From Prorocentrum cordatum (taxonomy: Eukaryota): a DNA stretch of 64,000 nucleotides. The translations under genes and the position numbers were made by a program. The stretch lies in assembly GCA_963575745.1 (NCBI GenBank), contig CAUYUJ010000103.1:62001-126000 (forward strand), read 5' to 3'. This document shows, piece by piece, positions 10,641 through 23,899 of this stretch. How positions within the stretch are numbered: position 1 is the stretch's first letter; every line of letters starts with the position of its first letter. The notes below the pieces were generated by a model, which was not told the DNA's origin, made no database searches, and saw only the letters and a program-made list of their open reading frames with translations.

Positions 10641-13600
10641 CCTCGCCCCGGCTGGAGGACACCATGCTGCCAGCTACGTCACTGCGGCGACTTTCTCCAC
10701 GACGCGTCCTAAGTTGCCCAGGCCGCTCGCGCATACAGGCCCGCCCCTCCGCTGGCAGCGCTCTGACTCTCCCGAGCCGTTGGCTGCAGACGGGCGCAGG
10801 CGTCGTGGCTCCACTCCAGCGTGAGAGGCCGACGGGAGACCCCCTCGATCCGCAGCGCTGATCTCCCTTGCCTGTCTTAGCTCTGTTCACACACACACAC
10901 ACGGCGACTGTTAGTTGCCCGCCGCCCTATCCCCCGCACTCTCCGCTAAGCGTACACTGCGACCGTTAGTCGCTTCCAACCGTCTCCCTTACCCAGCCCG
11001 GCGATGCGACCGTGAGTCGCTGTCTCGCACGCGCCCCTCCCCCAGCCGATGCCACTCCTCGCGGCCGCCCCGGCCTCGTGCCTAATGCCGCCCCACGAGC
11101 GCACAGCGGGGGCGCTGGCCCTCCCCTGGCCCCTCAGCTCGCCCTCGCTCGGGCCACCTGCGACGCCGCGCCCCGCGGCGCCGGGTCGACCCCCCCTGCG
11201 CCTGCCCCCAGCGCCGCAGCGGGGCCCCTCAGCCCCTTCCGTCGTCTCTCGCTTCGCGACCACCGAGCCGGCTGGGGCATGGCTGCTTGCACAGCGCGCG
11301 CCGCCCCCGCTGGCTGCGCCGCGCGTCGCCGCGGCCGCCGCGGTCGGCCGCCGCGGTCGTTGCCGCTGCAGCTACCAGCGCTGGTGCCGCTGCCGCCGCC
11401 GGTTCCCCTCGGGTGACGACGGTGGTCGGGGTCGTCGCGGCCGGTGCGCGGCGGCACCGCTCTAGCGTGCGAGGTCGCAGGGGAACCCCCTCGGCCCGTC
11501 GCGCTCGGGCCAACGTTCTCGGTGAGTCCCTTCGCTTTCTGTGGTTAGGCTCCGCATTTCGCGGTCGCGCCTGGCCTGCGACGGCTTGCCGCCGGTTTCT
11601 CCGCCGCCCCAGCTTTGCGCATGAGGTCGCTGGGACCCCCCCCCGACCCTGGACGCAGGTGTGCGGGCCTTCCTTTCGTCGCGGCCACCCTGGTCGCGCC
11701 CGAGGTTCGCCTGCTAGCTTTTTTCTATTTCCAGGATGCCCCTGGGCCCCCGGGCCCGCGGCTCGCCTTGAGTCTGCTGCCTCTGCCCGCCCGGGGTTGA
11801 CGGTCACCTGGTCCTCCCCCGCGTCGCCTTCCCCAGGGCCTGGGGTCGGCTGTCGCCGACTCATTCGCAGGTGCGTGGCCTCCACTCGCCAATTCCCCGC
11901 ATCTGCCGCCTCTGGGCCGCTGTGTCGCTGCCATCCCCCTGTCCCCCCGCCCGCGGTGGCGCTGCCGTCGCTTCCGCGCCCCTCGCTTCGACCCTTGTCG
12001 GCGTTTGGCGATCTGGAGCCTACTCCGTTGAGCGCCTGCATGTCGTGGTTCGACGTTCTCATCGGTTGCGTCGCGGCCGTCTTCGAGTGCGTGGACTTTT
12101 TGAATTTCGCCGTTTTGGTGCTGCGCCTCGACCAGTGGTTCTTCCTAGTCCACTGCTTCTCCTGAGCCGCAGCGTAGCTCGCTCCTGCGTGCTCTTTCTT
12201 CGTTTCTTCCCCGTTTTTGCCTCGCGTTCCGCTTGCTTTCGTTCCTTCCCCGTGTCGCGGAATTTAGGCCGTTGCTGGTTAGCCGCATTTTTTGACGGCG
12301 CCTGGCACCCCTGCGCGCTCGCGAACAAAAAAGTATCCCCGCCAGGTGCTTGGCCCCTCGCCCGCCATCCCCGCGGCCTCCCCCGGGGCCGCCCTGGCCT
12401 CGCGCCCGGTGCCGCCCGGCGCGTGCCTCAGCTGGGGCTGTCGGCTCGCGCCTTGCCTCTCAGTGCGTCCTCGTCACTGGTTTAGCTTGTGGCTCTTCGC
12501 TCCCTGGCGCCGGGCCACCCCCCTTGCCCCTCGCCCAGTGCGGGCTGCTCGGGGCCCCCTCGGCGCTCTGCCCCGCCTCCGCCGCTGGGGTCGCAGATGC
12601 GTCAGAGGCGTGTCACTGCCGTGGCCTGCTTCCCCACGGCGCCCCGCACAGCGGCCTATGCTCCGCACGAAGGCGCCACCTGGGCTCCTCTTCTGCCGCG
12701 CGGTCGGCGCGGACCGTCGCCTTTCGGTTGTCCGCCCGCCCCCTGCTGCCCCTCCGTCTCGGCCTCTCCGCCCCCTGCGGCTCTTGGCTGGCGGCAATCC
12801 CTCGCCGGCCTGCGGCCGGCTGACCTCTCGGCCATCCCCCAACGAGCGGGTTGCCTCCCCGACGGCCCCCGAGCGGGATCCAGCATGCTGGCGGCTGGGC
12901 GTTTCCACCGCGCGCTCCGGTGCCTTCGGTCGCACGGATCGGTTCCTCCCCGGCGCGCGGGCGCCCGCCCGCGCCCCCCGCGTTGCGGCGCGCGGTCCCT
13001 ATACCAGTCCCCGACGGTGTCTGGCGATCCGGATTCTGGTCTGTTGAGCGCCTGCACGTGAGTTGGTCGACGCTTGGTGGCGCGTGTGACTCGACCGCCA
13101 ACTTGTGACGGAGCGACCGTTGGTCCTGTCGCCTGCTCCTCGTGGTGCGTCTACGAGCCTGTGGTCCCTGTCTTTCAGTGCGTTCGCGGTGTCGTTCAAC
13201 CAGATTTCCCCGCCATTTTGGCGATGCGCTCCGCCTGGCGGCTCCCCCCAGTCGGCGGCGCCCTCTTCTGACTGGCAGCGAGGGCCGCCTCCTGTTTGTT
13301 CCTCCCTCTGCTGTCCTCTCGCGACCTCCCTTACCTCCTGGTGCGCAATTCGCTCGTAGCCCACTTGCTTCGATCTTTGGACGGCGTCCGGCGTCTCCCG
13401 GTGCGCGCGCGATCAAAAAATCCCCACCAGCCTTTGGCACCTCAGTGGGCACGCTCTGCGTTACCTGGTACCGCAGTTTTGACTGACTTGATTAGGATGC
13501 TGATTTGTGATGCCCCCCGCGCCATTTTGGCCGCGTTGGGCCTTGTTCCGCCCTGAGCCGGGCGCCGCCCGCTTTGCTGTTCATCCTTTGCTTCGGCGCG

Positions 13601-14574
13601 GCCCGCGTTACCTTGCACTGCGTTCGATTCGTCTTCGCGCGCCCGCATACCGGAAAAGTCTCCCCACCAACCTGTCCAGAAACGACGCCCATGAGAGTTG
13701 ACGGTGGGAGGGAGGGAGACGCGCATATTCAAACAGCGAGGGAGCCGGCCGGTCTAAGAGACGGCGCGTAGTCAAATTTCGAGGGAATGCTGATCCTTTT
13801 GGGGAAACTCCATGGCCATCTCGAGCCGTCTTGGAACGATTTGGGTTTTTGTGCCACCTTGGGAGCCATCTTGCGCCAGCTTGTGTTATGTTGAGTCACC
13901 TTGGAGGTCATCTTGGTCTCTCTGAGGGTTCTCGGGGGCCCTTTTTTTTCCGGGGCCTCTTGGAACCCCCTTGGGGCCTCTTGGGGCGTTCGTGGGACCG
14001 TTTTGGGGGCTTCTTTAGGGGTCCTGGAGGGCCCTTAGGGGCCATCTTGAAGGCGGTCAGTCACAAGAGGGGGGGCCCGTTCGTCCCCCCATCGGGGGCC
14101 ACGATCTTTGTGAGGGGTGTTAAAAAATTGCCCTCTCGCTTGCCGAAAAAGGAGCCTCCGACATCTCCCGAAACCGCACAAAAAGCCTCAGGGAGGGGAG
14201 GGGGAAGGTACCATTCCCCGAAGGGAAGAAGGGTTGTGGAAGAGGAAAGAGACCCTGTGGGATCATGCCCCACAATTGCAGACCACGACTACGACTATTA
14301 CTTCCATGATTAGCCTTGCGACGACGATCGCTATGTTACTAGTGATAGATAGTGACAGTGCAGGTCTAGCACTGTTGGTACGACGTTTCTCTACATTCGG
14401 GACGACGATTATTGCGAGGCGTTGGGGGCAGAAGTTGAAGCAGGACCCTCGAGGCATGTTCAAACGCCTTTCGCTCTTGTTTGCAAGGCTTTCCTTGCAT
14501 GCGTGTCTGCATGAATTCGTTCGTGCGCGACCGAAGGGATTTCCGGTCTCATCAGCGTGTCGGCAAACACGTGC

Positions 14575-14720
14575 ATGTGTGTGCGTGTGTGTGTTGTGCT
14601 GTGCTGTGCTGTGCTGTGCTGTGCTGCTGTCCTGTGCTGTGCTGTGTTATGCTGTCTTGTCTTGTGTTGTATTGTGTTGTGTTGTGTTTTTTTTGTGTGT
14701 GTGTGCGTGTGCGTGTGCGG
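14575..14720. repeat. (TGTGC)n/(TG)n microsatellite
   Basis: Seen directly in the sequence. Confidence 0.9.
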
Positions 14721-14787
14721 CATCTCCCCCTGTTTTAGCTTTGTGATCTCAAATTGACAAGCAGTCATCCGCGCAATAAGCAGTCAG

Positions 14788-15765
14788 ATGGGCCGCACGG
14801 CTTGCTTCGCCCCAGTCGTAGCTGCCGCTGAAAGAACACCCGCTCTGGAACTGTTCCCGCAGTCTGTGTTGGCGGCATTGCTTGAAGACCCTACGCCGAT
14901 CTTCGTCGGCCGCCAGCAATCCGCAGACACGGCGTACCAGGAGGTGGCGGTCGAGTGGCAGCCTCATCCAGATGTGCCGCTGCAGGCGTGCGGCCAGATC
15001 GGAACCGTGTTGCACGAGGCCTCGCAGCCATTTCGGCGCCCGTTGTCTTTCGGGCGGCTGAGAACCTTCAGGCTGCACCGCTTTTCGCTCCAAGGGCAAG
15101 AGGTCGAGGCGACAATGAGGGAGCTCTCGGAGTTCGCGTCCTCTCACGCGAAATTGCGCAAGTCAGCGTCCGTGGGGGAAGAGGCCGTGCGCGGCTCAAA
15201 CCTCAGAGGCTTCCAAGACATCGTCAGTGCCGAGCAGCCTCTGATGGCCGCGCTGCGGGCCTTGTTCACGGATTGCGTGCGGAGGGCCGCTGCCGCAGAC
15301 ACCGCCGAGGTGACAGCTGCTGGAGAAATGACGCCGCCGCCCTCGCCTCGTTGCTCGGACGAAGACTTCTGCGCGTGGATGAATGTTTCTGGCAAGGGCG
15401 CTATGAACATCTTGCACAACCATGGCACTAATGCATACGGTGCGGTTTTGTACACGCAGGTTCCTGCCCAAGAAGGTGGCCAGGTTGCTTGCGATAGGGG
15501 TGCGCTCTTGCTCCGCCTCAGCCGAGGGTCCGGGGCCAGGTTCATGGAGCCGGACGAGGACCTGCACGTGCCGCGGATGGGTAATGGGAATGCAGACGGC
15601 GTGGGTTCGGTCGGTACCGAGAGCGAGGAAACCGGTGTGGTAAGATACGTCCGAGTGCAGCCGCATACTGGTTCCTTGATGGTTTTCCCAGGTTGGCTGC
15701 CACACAGCGTCACGCCCCACTTCGAGGATTCGGACCGAGTCTGTTATGCTTCAAACTGGAGCTAA
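14788..15765 (+). CDS. Putative 2OG-Fe(II) oxygenase (TIGR02466/PF13759-like), 325 aa, intronless
   Basis: Uninterrupted ATG-TAA ORF with GC3-biased codons. Motifs: LFP..PTPI, SNLRGFQ, AWMNVSGKGAMNILHNH (HxH at 15415-15423), GAVLYTQVP, GALLL, PHTGSLMVFPGWLPHSVTP (distal His at 15703) and RVCYASN. Confidence 0.85.
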   Translation: MGRTACFAPVVAAAERTPALELFPQSVLAALLEDPTPIFVGRQQSADTAYQEVAVEWQPHPDVPLQACGQIGTVLHEASQPFRRPLSFGRLRTFRLHRFSLQGQEVEATMRELSEFASSHAKLRKSASVGEEAVRGSNLRGFQDIVSAEQPLMAALRALFTDCVRRAAAADTAEVTAAGEMTPPPSPRCSDEDFCAWMNVSGKGAMNILHNHGTNAYGAVLYTQVPAQEGGQVACDRGALLLRLSRGSGARFMEPDEDLHVPRMGNGNADGVGSVGTESEETGVVRYVRVQPHTGSLMVFPGWLPHSVTPHFEDSDRVCYASNWS

Positions 15766-15999
15766 GCAGCACTGCGGAGCTGCAGCTGTCCACCACCACG
15801 TTCATATCACAATCTTTGATCCCGTAACTTTGTCATCGACAAGTTCCCGACGATCTTCTTACTACCTTCTCCACACCTTTGTATTGGCTTCTCTCGCAAA
15901 GACTGTGCGTGCATGTTCGGCGCGTTCGCTGTTGCCGCACTTCACTTGTATAGTTTATAGTTATTGCGATCCCTTCGGGACCCCGCTAGCCCCAAGGGA

Positions 16000-18900
16000 G
16001 GGAGCACGTGCAAACATCAACACATGCATGAACAAGCACAACTTCAAGTACATGTACACGTGCAGGTACAAGTGCAAGTGCAAGCAAAACGGCACGTGCA
16101 AGCGCAAGCACAGTGACAAGTGCAAGTACGAGTACAAGTACTCGTGCAAGTACACGTGCAATCAACATTACACGTACAAGTATCCGCACACGGACAGTTA
16201 CAGTTTCAAGTACAAGTACATGCGCACGTGCAAGTACACACAAGCACACAGGTACAAGCCGGAGTGCGATTGCGAGTATGAATTTGCGTGCAAGTAGTGC
16301 GCGTACAAATATCTTGAAAAGTACAATTGCAAGTACAAGTATAAGTGCAATTCACATTGTATACAAGTAACGGTACACATACAAGCACAAGTAGGCGTAC
16401 AAGGAGACCTACAAGTACAAGTACAAGCGACAGTACAAGTAAAAGTACAAGTACAAGTACAAGTACAAGTACAAGTACACGCACACAAGTACAAGTACAA
16501 GTACAAGTACAAGTACAAGTACAAGTACAAGTACAAGTACAAGTCCAAGTCCAAGTACACGTACAACAGCAAGTACAAGTCAAGTACAAGTGCAAGTACA
16601 CGTACAAGTACAAGTACAAGTACAAGTAGAAGTACAAGTACAAGTACAAGTACAAGTACAAGTACACGTACACGTACACGTACAAGTACAAGTACAAGTA
16701 CAAGTACAAGTACAAGTACAAGTACAAGTACAAGTACACGTACAACAGCAAGTACACGTCAAGCACACGTACAAGTACACGTGCAAGTACAAGTACAAGC
16801 ACAAGTATAGGTACAAGTACACGCATCAGTACGAGTATACGACCACGTACAGGTGCACATGCAAGTACACATAAGAGTACAAGCACACATACAAGCATAG
16901 TCACACGTACAATCACACATTCAAGTACAAGTACACGTACACGTACATGAGTACACGTACACGTACACGTATCCGTACAGGTACAAGTACACATACAAGC
17001 ACACATACACGTACAATCACACATACAAGTACAAGTACAGGCACACATACATTTACGAATACACGTAAACGTACACGTACACATACACGTACACGTATAG
17101 GTGCAAGTACACGCGCGCGAGCATTTACAATAACAAGCACAAGTAGACGTAGACGTACAAGTACAAGCACAAGTACATGTGCAAGTACACATACAAGTAC
17201 AATTACACTAACACGTACAGTTGCACGCAGAAGTGCCAGAACAAGTATACGCGCACGTACAATGATAGGTATACGTACAATTATACGTACACATGAAGTA
17301 CACGTACAAGTACACGTACACGTGCCAGTATAAGTACACGTACACAGGCAATTACAAGCAGGCATACACGTACAAGTACATGTACAAGTACACGCACACG
17401 CATTCTCACACGTATACGTACAAGTACAAGTACAAGTACAAGTGCAAGTACAAGTACAAGTACAAGTACAAGTACACGTACAAGTACAAGTACAAGTACA
17501 AGTACAAGTACAAGTACAAGTACAAGTACAAGTACAAGTACAAGTACAAGTACGAGTACGAGTACGAGTACAAGTACAAGTACACGTACAAGTACAAGTA
17601 CAAGTACACGTACACGTACACGTACACGTACACGTACACGTACAAGTACAAGTACAAGTACAAGTACAAGTACAAGTAGAAGCACAAGCACAAGTACAAT
17701 TACACGTACACGTACACGTACAAGAACAAGTGCATTTGCAAGTACAAGTGCAAGTGCAAGTGCAAGTACAAGTACAAGTACAAGTACACGTACAAGTACA
17801 AGTGCAAGCACAAGTACATTTACAAGTACAAGTACACGTACAAGTACAAGTACAAATACACGTGTAAGTTCAAGTGCACGTACAAGTTCAAGTACACGTA
17901 ACAGTACAAGTATAAGTACAAGTACACGTACAATAACAAGTACAAGTACACGCACAAGTTCAAGTATAAGTACATGTATTTGTACAAGTACAAGTACAAG
18001 TACACGTACAAGTACAAGTACAAGTTCAGGTACAGGTACAAGTACAAGTACAAGTGCAATTCGCCGGCCCAACGGGCCAGAGGCGTGCTAAGATCTCCGG
18101 TAACTGCTAAATAATATTTCTACTTCGCGCGCGCGGGGCGGCCCTTGGGGTCCTCGGACGAAAAGTAACCCCGGGCGATCCCCGGCAGGGTCGGGTCAGA
18201 GATGGTTTTCCTCCTGGGCGCCGCCCCCGTGGCCCTCCAGAGAGCCCCAAGAAGGGCCACGAGGCCGCCAAGAGCCCTCCAAGATGGTTCAAGAGTGCTC
18301 CGAGATGCCACACGATCGTTCCAAGACGCCCAAGATGGCCCCCATACGCCCCAATAGGCCTCCAAGAGCACTCCCCAGAGGACCCCAAGAGGCAACATTC
18401 ATTACTTTTCCTTAGGTTTGGGGCAGATTTTGGCGTGTCCATCTTTTCGGCTTCCCGACGCTCCAAGACGGCCCACGAGGCCCCAAAGATCGCCCCAAGA
18501 GGGCCCAAGAAGCTCCCAAGAAGGCCCCAGGATGGCCCAAGTGGGCTCCAAGACGGCCCCAGAGAAATCCAAGAGGGGCCCAAGAGGGCCCCAAGCGATG
18601 CCCCAAAGGGGGAACACAAAACAAAACTTCGAGCCCTCGGCCTTAAGAAGCCCCCAGGAGGCCTCAAGAGGCCCCTGAGAGGCCCCAAAAGCCCCCAAGA
18701 GGCCCTCAGGAGGCCCCCAAGCGACGCTGAAGAGGCCCCCCAGCGGCCCCAAGAGGCTCAGTCATGCGAAATGGGCCGGCGGAATGAGCGAAGCGATTCA
18801 ATAACGAGTACACGTACAAGTACAATCACCCGCACAAGAACACGTACGTACACGTACACATACAAGTACAAGTACAGGCACAAGTACAGGCACACATACA

Positions 18901-19910
18901 CGTACACGTAGAAGTACACGTGCAAGTGCAAGTACAAGTACATTTACACTTACACACATACACGTTCACGTTCACGTGCATGTACAACACGCACATTTAC
19001 AAGTACAAGTACAATAACACGTACACTTGCACGTGCACGTACCAGAGCAAGTACACGTACAAGTACAAGGACGCGTATAAGTACAATTACAGTCACAAGG
19101 GCACGTACAAGTACGATTCTACGTACGATTACAAAGACAAGGACAACTACGAGTACAAGTACACGTACACGTACAAGTACAATTACACGTACACGTACAC
19201 GTACAAGTACCAGTACAAGTACAAGTGCAAGTGCAAGTACAAGTACAAGTACAAGTACAAGTACACGTACAAGTACAAGTGCAAGTACAAGTACACGTAC
19301 ACGTACAAGTACAAGTACACGTACAAGTACAAGTACAAGTACACGTAAACGTAAACGTACAAGTACGCGTACACGTACACGTACACGTACAAGTACAAGT
19401 ACAATCACACGTACGCGTACAAGTACACCTAGAAGTATAAGTACAAGTACACGTACACGTACAAGTACAAGTAGAAGTATAAGTACAAGTGCAAGTGCAA
19501 GTGCAAGTACAAGTTCAAGTACAAGTACAAATACAAGTACACGTACAAGTACAAGTACAAGTACAAGCACAAGTACACTTACACGTTCACGTACACGTAC
19601 AAGAACAAGTGCATTTGCACGTACAAATGCAAGTGCAAGCACAAGTACAAGTACAAGTATAAGTACAAGTACAATTAGAAGTACAAGTACACGTACAAGT
19701 ACAAGTACAGGTACAAGCGCAAGTGCCCCTGCCAGTGCCAGTGCCAGTGCACGTACAAGTACAAGTACACGTACAAGTACAAGTAACAGTACAAGTACAC
19801 GTACAAGTACACGTACACGTACAAGTACATGTACATTTACAAGTACGAGTACAAGTGCACGTGCAAGTAAAGTGCATGTGCAAATGCAAGTGCAAGTACA
19901 AGTACACATA
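16000..19910. repeat. (GTACAA)n/(GTACAC)n hexanucleotide satellite interrupted by an element at 18059-18802
   Basis: Long near-perfect runs (e.g. 17420-17680) with variants GTGCAA, GCACAA and GTACGA. Confidence 0.97.
18059..18802 (+). mobile_element. Non-autonomous Helentron/HINE-like element (E1)
   Basis: ATTCGCCGGCCCA (18059-18071) is the inverted repeat of TGGGCCGGCGGAAT (18772-18785). A GCGAAGC hairpin follows (18788-18794). The interior holds CCAAGAGGCC repeats and the element interrupts the GTACAA satellite cleanly. Confidence 0.65.
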
Positions 19911-20889
19911 TTGCGGGCATCTTGGGTCTCTCTTGGGCCACTCTTGATTTCAGACGCAGTCCAAGAGCAAGCGCATCAATGTATCGTTGGTGTTTCATTG
20001 CTTCTTACGCCGCGTTTGGCCATCTTGGGGCCACCTTCGGGGTCAGTTGGGGCCAATCTTGGGCCAACTTGTGGCCATCTTGGTGCAATCTTGGGCCATT
20101 TTTGGCTAGTTTGGGGCCGCCTGGGGGTCGCGTCGGGGCGCTCAAGCCACGACCTGCGAAAGTTGCACAAATTTGGCTAGCTGCCCCCTCCCTCTTCCCT
20201 GTCCCCCTCCAGAGTCTAAAAACTAGTAAACCGCGCAAGACATTCCAGGAAACCGAATTGGAAAGGGTTCTTGACTTGGGGTCGGGTCTGGGCCTCTTAT
20301 GCGGTTCATCTCGGAGGGGTGTATGTGGGGAGGGAGAAATGTTTCCGTATGTGCTCATCCACACGCTTCCGCCCAGTGAATTTTGCTGGACATTTGGCGC
20401 TGACCTGGGGACTGGTTCGTGCTGAGCATCTCTCTGTTGTGTATGGTCTATGCGTGTATGTCTGGTGAACTCGCTGTTGCCGCATTTCAATGATTTATTG
20501 TTTCCGGCCATGCTCAGCAGAACTCTAGCTTGTAGTGCAGCCTTCAGCTGCGAAGGAGTGCGCGCGTGCTTTTCAATCCATTATTTTTGGTTTGTCGTAT
20601 TAATGTCATACATCGGTGTCTAGTAGCTGGTGAAACTAAGCGGGCACCCAGGGTGAACAGAGTGATCTATGGGAGCAAGGGAGTAGCCTTGAAGGGCCTC
20701 TCCGGGCCATCCCTGGGGTCCGCCTTGGGGCGGAAGGGGAGGAAGACGACGACGACGACGACCATGACGACGAGGAAGTGGAGGAAAAAGAACAGGAAGA
20801 CGATGAGGGTAAGGACGAGAACGAGGACGAGGACGAGGAGGAGGTGGAAGAGGAGGAAGAGGAGGAGGACTCAAGGACGAGGACAAAAT

Positions 20890-21495
20890 CGCCTCTTGGA
20901 GCCCTCTTGGGGCTCTTCTAGGGATCTTGGGACCCTCTAAGGGCCCTCTTGGATCCCTCTTGGGGGCTGCTTGGGGGCATTGGAGGGCCTCTTGGAGCCA
21001 TCGTGGAGGGCCCCAGTGAAAAGAGGGGTCCTATCGCTTGCCCCCCCCTCTGGGGCCCTCGAAATCGCCCCTTGGGGCCTTTTTGGGGCGCTCTTGGGGC
21101 GATCTTGAGCGCTTTCGGGGCTGACTTGGGGGCCTCTTGCGCCCCTCTTGGGCTCCTCTTGAGCCTCTTGAGGCTTGGGGCCTTTCTGGGGCGGGGTGTC
21201 CTGAGGGGGCTCCGAGAGCACTTGGGACCGTCTTGCGGCCCTCGTTGGGCCTGATGGAGGTATGTCGGAAGCTATCTTGAGCCATCTTCGGTTAGCTTGA
21301 GCCGCCTTGGAGGCCATCTTGGAGCATCGGAGGCCCTCTTCGAGCCATCTTGGTACATCTTGGGCGCCCTGGCACCTCGCGGCCTGGCTTCAAAAACCTC
21401 AGGGAGGGGAGGGGGAGGGTACCCCTCCCCGAAGGGAATTGAAGAGAGAATAATGAACTCGGTCAACCTCCTTAGCCAAAAGGGCTGGTGGGATT
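20890..21495 (-). mobile_element. Partial copy (E4) of the subTIR element family
   Basis: CTCTTGG repeats, then a GGGGAGGGTACCCCTCCCC palindrome and terminal GGGCTGGTGGGATT (21482-21495), matching ends at 52946 and 56481. A related end lies at 14188-14265. Confidence 0.55.
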
Positions 21496-21799
21496 ACATA
21501 TAATTCTCTCTGGAAGGTTGCGTGTCCATACTCGGCGCAATCGCAGATGTTGCAGTTCCATGCTTGTCGTAGATCGATTAGTTTGTGCGTGCATGCCATG
21601 TGACATCGCCGTTGCCTTACCTCAGTGATCTGTTGGCGCTGACCAGAAGCCTGGCTTGTCTTGGAGTTTGCGGTAACTATGTTAGTGACACGCGAGCAAT
21701 AGAGAGTGAACGGTCTTTACATGATTGTTGTTACCCAAGCAATGCTTACACTTGGGGTTGTTTTGTTTTGATGTCACGAAGGCTTCAACGTTAACGTTA

Positions 21800-22345
21800 A
21801 CGTTGCCGCCCGTGGTCGCCTAGTGGCCGCCTCTTGCGTTGGGTGGATTCGGTGTAGTTTCGCCACGTTGCCGCTTCGTGCGCTGGGTGGGTCCAGCGAG
21901 GTTTCGCCACGTGGCCGCCTCGTGCGCTGGTTGGGTCCGGTGATGTTTCGCAATGTTGCCGCCTGTTGCTTCCTGCAGGCCGCCTGGAGCGCTGGGTAGG
22001 TCCAGCGAGGTTTCGCCACCTTGCCGCGCGTGGCCGCCTCGTGGCCGCCTCGCGGCCGCCTCGTGGCCGCCTCGTGCACTGAGTGGGTCCAGCGAGGTTT
22101 CGCTACGCTGCCGCCCGTTGCCGCCTCCTGGCCACCTCGTGCGCTGGGTGGGTCCGGCGAGGATTGCCACGTTGCCGCGCGTGGTTGCATTGTGGCCGCC
22201 TCGTGCACTGGGTGTGCCCAGTGAGTTCTCGCTACGTTGCCACCTGTTGCTGCCTCACCACATAATTTTCATCACAGAGCTTGCACTTCATTGCTTGCAC
22301 TTCATAGCGTGCACCACGTAGCTTGCGCCAAATGGCTTGCACGTG
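21800..22345. repeat. Complex GC-rich minisatellite family (GTGGCCGCCTC / GAGGTTTCGCCACGTTGCCG); inverted copy at 46270-46800
   Basis: The same subunits and an adjacent ~15-bp GCTTGCACCACATA-type repeat appear reverse-complemented at 46270-46800. Confidence 0.8.
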
Positions 22346-23899
22346 TGATAACTCAAGATCTCACGGTTTGGGGTCCACGCACGTTTTACAGTTCGCTTTC
22401 GGCACGCATGTTATTTTAGCAGTAACCCCGCTGGAGTTTTTGGGGCCCCTGGTCCGTCTTGGCTTCCCCCCGCTCTTCCCCGTCTTTTCTTTCGTTTTGC
22501 ACCCCCTTCCTCCTAAGGATCCTGCGCTCGCCCGCGGCAGTATTTGTGGCTCGCGAGGCGGTGAGTAAAAAAAGGGGGTTCGCCCACCGCGCTCCCTCCT
22601 TTCGCCGTGTCGTCGTTCCTATTGCAAGCAGTTTTTTGCTTTTCCCTTTCCTCGGCCGTTCTCGTCATCACACTTGGGCGTGAACTCGAAATTCTGAGTG
22701 GGAACTCCTCCGTCTTATAGGCGAACCAGCGCCCAGAACAGCACCCACAGGGTAAAGGTCCGAGGCGGGAATCTATACATGACCACCGCCTGGAGGGTCA
22801 GTTTTCGGAGTCTCGGCAGGCGGTGGATATGGACATATTCGGGCCACCGAGGGCCGAAATACATCCATATCCACCGCCCGCCCCTCGCGGTGCCTTCATC
22901 GAATGCGCGAGGGCAAACAGCGAGCGCGGTGACCATCAAACCCAGGCTTTCGTTGGAGATGGTCGATAACTGGCCGACTTGTTTGACCTACCAGAAACAG
23001 TCCGCCCATCCATCGACGGAGACGCTCGTGCTGATGTGGACGTGCTGGTGGTTCAGGGTGCCAAAGTCCGTGCACGCGAACAGCAAAACGACAGGGTAGC
23101 GACGCCTACCTTCACGAGCATATGGGTACAGGTGGCCAACGAATCATAGTTGCTGAAACCGAGCAAGAGCGCAATGTGCTCATGAACCAGCAGCGCGACG
23201 ACCTGCGGCAACACAAATTTCACACGACAGTTGGAGCTTCTGAGACCGCAGCACGGACGGCCAATTTTGTACGAAATTGTGCTGGTGGCATGCGGACGTG
23301 TAGCTGCCGTCCTACTGACCAGCTCCAGAACAGTGCCTCCATGCATGATTCCAAATGGATGGAACAGAAATGAAACAGTTGTTGATTTTGCCCAGCGGAG
23401 CTATATGGTCGATTCGATCAACAAGAACGTGGGCGATAACCACGAAGAAGCGGAGAAACAGTTTTCTGCAATGTCTGCTAGACAGTTGTCATCAATCACA
23501 AGGCGCCGTAGTCCTGCAACGAGACTGCCACAACCTGCGTCCATGTCGCCACAACTGCTAAAACTTGCAGAATGACAGTCGCCAGTCGCCGTGGCCGCGT
23601 GGCCACTGGCGCCGTCGTAAACCGTTCTCGCGCCTTTGGCGGTGGCAGCCGCAGAAAACGCGACCTTTGACTGCGCCTGCGGCGCGCCGGCGCACTCCGG
23701 CAGGGCAACCTGCTGCTCGGCATGCGGAGCGCTGCGGGTGGACAACCCACCGCGAGCAAGATGTGACGGGTGTTGAGGGCAGGTGTCAGAGACGAAAACA
23801 ATGGAATTGTGACGGTTGCGCCGCGTCCACAAAAGGGATCGTTGGCCAGCATGAACCTACCGTTCCAACGGCGGCCCCTTGTGCCCGCTTGCCTATCCA

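Noticed and set aside
10900..13750. Many overlapping 130-290 aa Arg/Pro/Ala-rich ORFs
   Set aside because: These are expected from very high GC with few stop codons. They show no motifs or codon bias, and the region resembles the interior of element E3.
14788..15765. The oxygenase as the TET/JBP-type thymine hydroxylase producing hmU
   Set aside because: It has an HxH motif and TIGR02466-like layout rather than the HxD TET/JBP signature. Proximity to mutated repeats is not evidence.
15961..19947. Long YK, VQ, CT and VL dipeptide ORFs
   Set aside because: They are translations of (GTACAA)n in all frames, with no unique coding content.
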